A stretch of DNA of 64,000 nucleotides from Acidobacteriota bacterium (GTDB taxonomy: Bacteria > Acidobacteriota > Vicinamibacteria > Vicinamibacterales > UBA2999), in assembly GCA_016871195.1 (NCBI GenBank), contig VFZN01000012.1:16302-80301 (forward strand), read 5' to 3'. Under the pieces are notes generated by a model. The model searched no databases, was not told the DNA's origin, and saw only the letters and a list, made by a program, of their open reading frames with translations. Shown piece after piece: positions 58,970 to 64,000 of this stretch (position 1 is the stretch's first letter; each line of letters starts with the position of its first letter). The position numbers and the translations under genes were made by a program.

Positions 58970-59413
58970 ATGACGGTCATTCGTGCTGCGCTCACACATC
59001 CCGACTGTGGTTTCGACGTCACCGATGCCGACGGTCATGTCCTGCGGATGGATATTCCCGTCGAACAGGGCGGTGGTGGTTCAGGCTTCAGGCCGATGCA
59101 GACTCTGCTGGCTGCGCTCTGCGGCTGCAGCGGCGTCGATATCGTCCGCCTCCTGCGGAAGCAGCGCCAGCAGATGACCTCGCTTGAGATGCACGTCGAA
59201 GGAGCAAGAGGCGCAGGCGGCGATGTGGCGCTGTGGGAGCGCATTGTCCTCACCGTGCTCATTTCTGGTGCGGTCGAACCCGCAAAGGCGAGGCGGGCCG
59301 TCGGGCTGTCGATCGACACCTACTGTTCAGTCGCGGAAACACTCAGGCGAGCCGGCGGCACCATCGTCTGGCGCGTCACGGTCAACGGTGTGCCCGTGCC
59401 CGACGAAGCCTGA
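58970..59413 (+). CDS. OsmC family protein (YhfA-like)
   Basis: GFRPMQ.LL.AL.GCSG.D and S...YCSV. Confidence 0.88.
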   Translation: MTVIRAALTHPDCGFDVTDADGHVLRMDIPVEQGGGGSGFRPMQTLLAALCGCSGVDIVRLLRKQRQQMTSLEMHVEGARGAGGDVALWERIVLTVLISGAVEPAKARRAVGLSIDTYCSVAETLRRAGGTIVWRVTVNGVPVPDEA

Positions 59414-59445
59414 CAGCCCGCATTTGCCGAGAGCTCCCCACGGTC

Positions 59446-60615
59446 ATGCCCACACACCCCGACACCCACGCCATCCGTACACAGACCGAGCGGACCCGCG
59501 AGCACGAGCACTCGACGCCGCTGTTCCTGACCAGCAGCTTCGTCTACGAGTCTGCCGAAGACATGGCGGCAGCCTTCGCAGACGACTCGCTCGACGTCAA
59601 CATCTACTCGCGCTTCTCGAATCCGACGGTCGATGAATTCGTGCGGAAGATCTGTGTGCTGGAAGGCGCCGAGGATGGCGTGGCCACGGCGTCCGGAATG
59701 GCCGCCATCTTCGCAACGTTCATGGCGCTGCTGGCCCAGGGAGATCACCTCGTGTCGGCCTCGGCAGTGTTCGGATCGACGCACACCATCCTGACCAAGT
59801 ACCTGCCGAAATGGGGCATCACGCACTCCTATTTCGATATGCGTCGGCCCGAGGCGATGGGGGACCTCATTCGTCCGGAGACTCGTCTGGTCTATGTCGA
59901 GACGCCCTCGAATCCCGGCCTTGACATCGTCGACATTGCCGAACTGTCGCGCGTCTGCCGGCAGCGCGGCGTGCTGCTTGTCGTCGACAATTGCTTTGCG
60001 ACGCCGGCGGTGCAGCAGCCCATCAGGGATGGGGCCGATCTGGTGATTCACTCGGCTACCAAGTTTCTCGACGGGCAGGGGCGTGTGCTCGGCGGGGTAG
60101 TCGTGGGGCGTCGTGATCTCATCAAGCCGCTGTATCTGTTCCTGCGGAACACGGGGCCCACGATGAGCGCGTTCAATGCCTGGGTGCTCAGCAAGAGCCT
60201 CGAGACGCTGCATGTGCGCATGGAGCGCCACGCCGAAACGGCGATGTACCTTGCGGAGGCCCTGAGCGGGCATCCGGCAATCCGGAGCGTCCGCTATCCG
60301 TTTCTACCGTCGCACCCGGCAGTCGACATTGCGAAGCGTCAGATGCGGAATGGCGGTGGCCTGGTCACCTTCGAACTCGTCGGCGGACGCGAGGCGGGCG
60401 TGCGCTTCCTCAATCGCCTGCAGATGCTGTCGATGACCAATAACCTCGGCGACACCCGCAGCATCGCCTCGCATCCGGCCAGCACGACGCATGCGAAGCT
60501 GAGCGAAGACGAGCGACTCGCCGTCGGCATCACGCCCGGGTTGATCCGCATATCGGCAGGCCTCGAGCACCGCGACGACATCCTGCGCGATATCCTCCAG
60601 GCGCTCGCCGACTAG
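59446..60615 (+). CDS. metZ: O-succinylhomoserine sulfhydrylase / trans-sulfuration PLP enzyme
   Basis: EHSTPLFLTSSF, YSRFSNPT, SGMAA, DNCFATP, HSATK..DGQGR and NLGD..S...HPASTTH. Confidence 0.85.
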   Translation: MPTHPDTHAIRTQTERTREHEHSTPLFLTSSFVYESAEDMAAAFADDSLDVNIYSRFSNPTVDEFVRKICVLEGAEDGVATASGMAAIFATFMALLAQGDHLVSASAVFGSTHTILTKYLPKWGITHSYFDMRRPEAMGDLIRPETRLVYVETPSNPGLDIVDIAELSRVCRQRGVLLVVDNCFATPAVQQPIRDGADLVIHSATKFLDGQGRVLGGVVVGRRDLIKPLYLFLRNTGPTMSAFNAWVLSKSLETLHVRMERHAETAMYLAEALSGHPAIRSVRYPFLPSHPAVDIAKRQMRNGGGLVTFELVGGREAGVRFLNRLQMLSMTNNLGDTRSIASHPASTTHAKLSEDERLAVGITPGLIRISAGLEHRDDILRDILQALAD

Positions 60616-60718
60616 GGTGGCGCACGCGTAACGCGAGGCGCGGGTGGTCAGGGGGGCGGCAGGCTCGCGGCGCCCCTCATGCAGGCGTGACATCGGCCGT
60701 GTGTCCGCGCAGTCCCTG

Positions 60719-61267
60719 CTAGTCGATCGGGTGGTAGGCGATGTCGAGGACCGTCAGCGTCCTGTCACCACGAGGTGTGCGTACGGTGACCTGATCGTCG
60801 ACGCGTGCCTTGAGGAGGGCCGTGGCCAGGGGCGATCGCCACGAAATGCGGTCATCACTGAGCGTAATTTCGTCGGCCCCGACGATGGTCACGGTGCGTT
60901 CCGCCCCCGTGGCATCGGCATAGGTCACCGTGGCGCCAAAAAAGATCCGCTCGTGCGACGCCCCGGCATTGTCGACGACCTGTGCGGCGTCGATGCGCCT
61001 GGTGAGGAAGCGTACGCGCCGATCGATCTCCCGCAGTCGGCGCTTGCCGTACAGATAATCACCGTTCTCAGACCGGTCGCCGTTGGCGGCGGCCCAGGTG
61101 ACCGTCTCCACAATCTTCGGCCGTTCCACCTTCCACAGATGCGCACGCTCATCGCTGAGCCGTTTGAGACCGGCAGGGGAGATGTAGTTCGGCGGCGCGG
61201 GCGCAGCACCGGCGGCCGGCCGCTCGGCCTGCAGCGCCTTGGGCCGGCGCATGAAGCCGGTCTTCAT
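60719..61267 (-). CDS. greB: Transcription elongation factor GreB
   Basis: NYISP.G, ERP......WAA.NGDRSENGDY.YGKRRLREIDRR.RFL, FFGATV and ISW.SPLA.AL. Confidence 0.95.
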   Translation of the reverse strand: MKTGFMRRPKALQAERPAAGAAPAPPNYISPAGLKRLSDERAHLWKVERPKIVETVTWAAANGDRSENGDYLYGKRRLREIDRRVRFLTRRIDAAQVVDNAGASHERIFFGATVTYADATGAERTVTIVGADEITLSDDRISWRSPLATALLKARVDDQVTVRTPRGDRTLTVLDIAYHPID

Positions 61268-64000
61268 GAGGGCCCCGGCACCACAGGGCACGCGGCAGGC
61301 ACGGGCCCTGGTGCCTCCTGCCAGACGGGGCGCTGATAGCGGTAGGCGGGCCGCACGGCCTTGTCGCGGAAGGGTTCCTGATAGAGAACACTGGTTGAGG
61401 AGGCCACTGGAGGCACAAGCCACATCCACTTCCCGTGGGGTTCGCGTCCGGCTCCTTGCTCCTGTCGGCAGAACTCGAGAAATTCGTGTCCCACCGCGTG
61501 ATGGTCGGCCAGGCGCACACCGGCGCGGTCGTAGGAGTGCAGCACGGCTTCCACCAGCATCAGTTGCGCCCGGTCACGCCAGAGCGTGCGGTCATTGGTG
61601 ATGTCGAGGCCCATGTGTTCGGCCAGTTCCGGCAACAGGTTGTAGCGGTTCGTATCACTCAGGTTGCGCGCGGCAATCTCGGTGTCGAGATACCAGCCGT
61701 TGAATGGAATACAGCGATACCAGAGTCCCCCGGCATCGAGAGCCATGTCGGCGACGGCGGGCACGGCGTACCAGCGCAGGCCGCGCGACTCGAGCCAGGG
61801 ATGGTCGGGATGCGTCAGTGTGACCTCGGCGCGGCAGTCGTGGGGTATCTCGTAGATCCGAGGGCCGTAGTCGGGCACATCGATCACCAGCGGCAACAGG
61901 TCGAAATCGCTACCGGACGGTTCCCAGCCCAGTGCCCGTATGCGCTCGGTGAGCGCATTCTGCGCGGGGTCGCCGATCTGCTTTCCTGACCGCAGTCGGA
62001 CACCCGCATATCGCAGCAACTGCGGGTTCCATAGCCGCGGACCTCGCTGGCCGGGTGTCTCCTGGGGAAAGACGGAAATGGCGGGTCGCAGGTCGCCGCC
62101 GTTGAAGGCAAACCGCAGGTGTTCGAACAGGGCATCGGCGATGGCGTCCGGGTGGTGCAAGTGCCGGCAGTCACGCAGGTGCAGGCCCTTCCAGTACAAC
62201 CGACCCACGCAGCGTTCGGCATTGCGCCACGCCACGAGCGCTGCAAACCGCAACTCCTCGGTGTCCATCACCCACGTGCCCGTCGAGGCGATGGCCTCGT
62301 CGACGGCAGCGCTGCGCGACTCGGGTGAGAGGCCGGGGCGATGTTCCGCGTAGAACTCTCGGAGGAATTGCACAGCCTGTTCACGCATCGGAAGCCGGGC
62401 CGTGGTGAGAATGGCCTCAGCGGCGGCACCGGACGGCGTGAAGCCTCGGCGTCGCCACGAGCCGGGGCGCTGCGGTGCACCTTCTCCCCGGCCGGCGTGC
62501 TGAAAGCTGTCTTCGATGAGCGAGACATCCTCGAGCCCCTGCAGAGCGTCGCGCACATCGCGATTGAACGTCCCGGGACCGCACACGACGACCTCACAGG
62601 GGCCCAGTGCGCTGACGGACTGGCGCAGCGACCGGAGATCGAGACGCCCGCGGACCGCGGATGCCCACACCGATAACTGCAGCTCCTCAGACGCATGTAA
62701 CGTACGGAGCCACTCGAGAAAGGCCGCGCCGGCCTCGTCGCGTACGCTGTAGTGCACATGGACCGGTCGTGTCGTTCGCAGGGCACGCACGCCGGCAATG
62801 GCTGGAGTGATGCCGATGCCGGCAACGACGTAGACAAGCGGGGTCGAGGCTGACGACGATGGGCAGGCATCACCCTGGGGGGGCAGCACGCGCACGAGCG
62901 CATCGGCCGGTGCCCCGGTAATCCACGGCGAGAAGAACCCTTCATCTTCAATCTTGACGCCCAGTTCATAGGCGTCGGGCCCCGGACTCAACAGGGTGTA
63001 GGGCCGACCTACCCAGCGGCCGTCGATGAGCGCTTCAATCTGCGCATACTGGCCGATGCGCGCGATCGGCAAGGTGCCCGGTGCGAGTGGCATCAGTCGA
63101 ATCAGGCGGGCATCGTCGGCGAGCGGGTGGACTTCGACTCTGCACACGGTGGTTTCCGCCTGTCCCAGATACAAGGGCAGTTTGCTGCGGCAGCCACCGC
63201 AGACCGAGCCGGCACCGGTGGCCCTGATCAGCGCGTCGATGGTGTCTGCCGTGTTGGAGGCCCGCCGCAGGGTGGCGGCGGTGGCGTTGGTGCATGCGCA
63301 CACAATGTCTGCGCCCGCCGCGGCTCGCTGCGATGCTTCCTCAATCATCCAGCGGCCCGTGGCAGTCAGGGCCGAGGCCTGCCAGTCGGCGACATGTCCG
63401 CCCCGCAGCATCATGCCCATGAGCGCGGGCAGGTCAGCACAGTCGCCGGTGACGACCAGGCCAGTGAGCCGGCGGTCGTCCGACACGCGAAGGGTCACCC
63501 GTCCTGCTGGGCCGGCGATGATCTGCGAGCCCTCCCGCTGGTGGTCAAGCCGGGCGGCCTCCAGGCGCTTCAGGGCGGGCGTCTGCTGCACACGGACGAC
63601 GGCACCACGGGACTGACGATACTCGGTCACGATCGTCGTCAGCTCGTCCACGACGGTCACATGCCGGTAGGCCGTGCCAAGCTCAGGCAGCGCATACACC
63701 GCCGTCAGGCCAGCGGGGACCGCGTCAATGGGCACCACTTCCGAGTCAGACAGGGCCCGTGCGGTCATCCGCCGGATGGGACCGGAGTTGCGCTCACCGA
63801 CAAGCAGCCCTGGGCCCAGCACTTCCTGCGGGACCGGACAGCCTTCGGGGAACAGACCAATCTGCCCCGCGACAATGCCGAAGACGTCCGCGCCAGGACT
63901 TCCCACCTCGTAGAGCACCTCACCGGCAACGAGCTGACGGCAAGGACGCGGGCTGGAAGTCGGCCCTTGCATGCCCGCCTCGGTGAGCACCTCGAACCGC
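61264..64000 (-). CDS. nos: Multidomain nitric oxide synthase: cNMP-binding-like, NirB-like linker, BFD [2Fe-2S], FNR reductase and NOS oxygenase domains; 5' partial
   Basis: Oxygenase motifs WRNAERCVGR, WNPQLLRYAG, FDLLPL, WYAVPAV.DM, PFNGWY..TEI.ARNL.D..RYN, DHH and W.WLVPP. Also CAC..GAGSVCGGC, RPYTL, AGIGITP and VCGP. The frame is open to the window edge. Confidence 0.92.
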   Translation of the reverse strand, partial: RFEVLTEAGMQGPTSSPRPCRQLVAGEVLYEVGSPGADVFGIVAGQIGLFPEGCPVPQEVLGPGLLVGERNSGPIRRMTARALSDSEVVPIDAVPAGLTAVYALPELGTAYRHVTVVDELTTIVTEYRQSRGAVVRVQQTPALKRLEAARLDHQREGSQIIAGPAGRVTLRVSDDRRLTGLVVTGDCADLPALMGMMLRGGHVADWQASALTATGRWMIEEASQRAAAGADIVCACTNATAATLRRASNTADTIDALIRATGAGSVCGGCRSKLPLYLGQAETTVCRVEVHPLADDARLIRLMPLAPGTLPIARIGQYAQIEALIDGRWVGRPYTLLSPGPDAYELGVKIEDEGFFSPWITGAPADALVRVLPPQGDACPSSSASTPLVYVVAGIGITPAIAGVRALRTTRPVHVHYSVRDEAGAAFLEWLRTLHASEELQLSVWASAVRGRLDLRSLRQSVSALGPCEVVVCGPGTFNRDVRDALQGLEDVSLIEDSFQHAGRGEGAPQRPGSWRRRGFTPSGAAAEAILTTARLPMREQAVQFLREFYAEHRPGLSPESRSAAVDEAIASTGTWVMDTEELRFAALVAWRNAERCVGRLYWKGLHLRDCRHLHHPDAIADALFEHLRFAFNGGDLRPAISVFPQETPGQRGPRLWNPQLLRYAGVRLRSGKQIGDPAQNALTERIRALGWEPSGSDFDLLPLVIDVPDYGPRIYEIPHDCRAEVTLTHPDHPWLESRGLRWYAVPAVADMALDAGGLWYRCIPFNGWYLDTEIAARNLSDTNRYNLLPELAEHMGLDITNDRTLWRDRAQLMLVEAVLHSYDRAGVRLADHHAVGHEFLEFCRQEQGAGREPHGKWMWLVPPVASSTSVLYQEPFRDKAVRPAYRYQRPVWQEAPGPVPAACPVVPGPS

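Overview
High-GC bacterial chromosomal window with about 50 CDS and 4 tRNAs. The gene content (paralogous DUF1592/DUF1552/ankyrin cassettes, DUF5916, D-aminoacylases, GT-C-like membrane proteins) suggests Acidobacteriota such as Vicinamibacteria; this is inference. Housekeeping content: aat-clpS-clpA, rppH, pdxH, amidase-GerMN-rph-rdgB-tRNA-Pro, ilvBNC, metZ-like and greB. The most striking element is at the right edge: a 5'-truncated multidomain nitric oxide synthase (cNMP-binding-like domain, NirB-like linker, BFD-type [2Fe-2S], FNR-type reductase, C-terminal NOS oxygenase) whose stop overlaps the greB start. Other highlights: (i) a lower-GC islet between two convergent tRNA-Arg genes that truncates mscL and carries a cNMP-binding/transglutaminase fusion; (ii) a tandemly duplicated three-gene periplasmic cassette (c-heme DUF1592, Tat DUF1552, ankyrin protein ending HKCVxC), one copy frameshifted by a 58-bp duplication; (iii) many -10 hexamers 6-10 nt before start codons, suggesting widespread leaderless transcription, including a palindromic bidirectional promoter. 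All calls are by motif recognition only; no searches were run.
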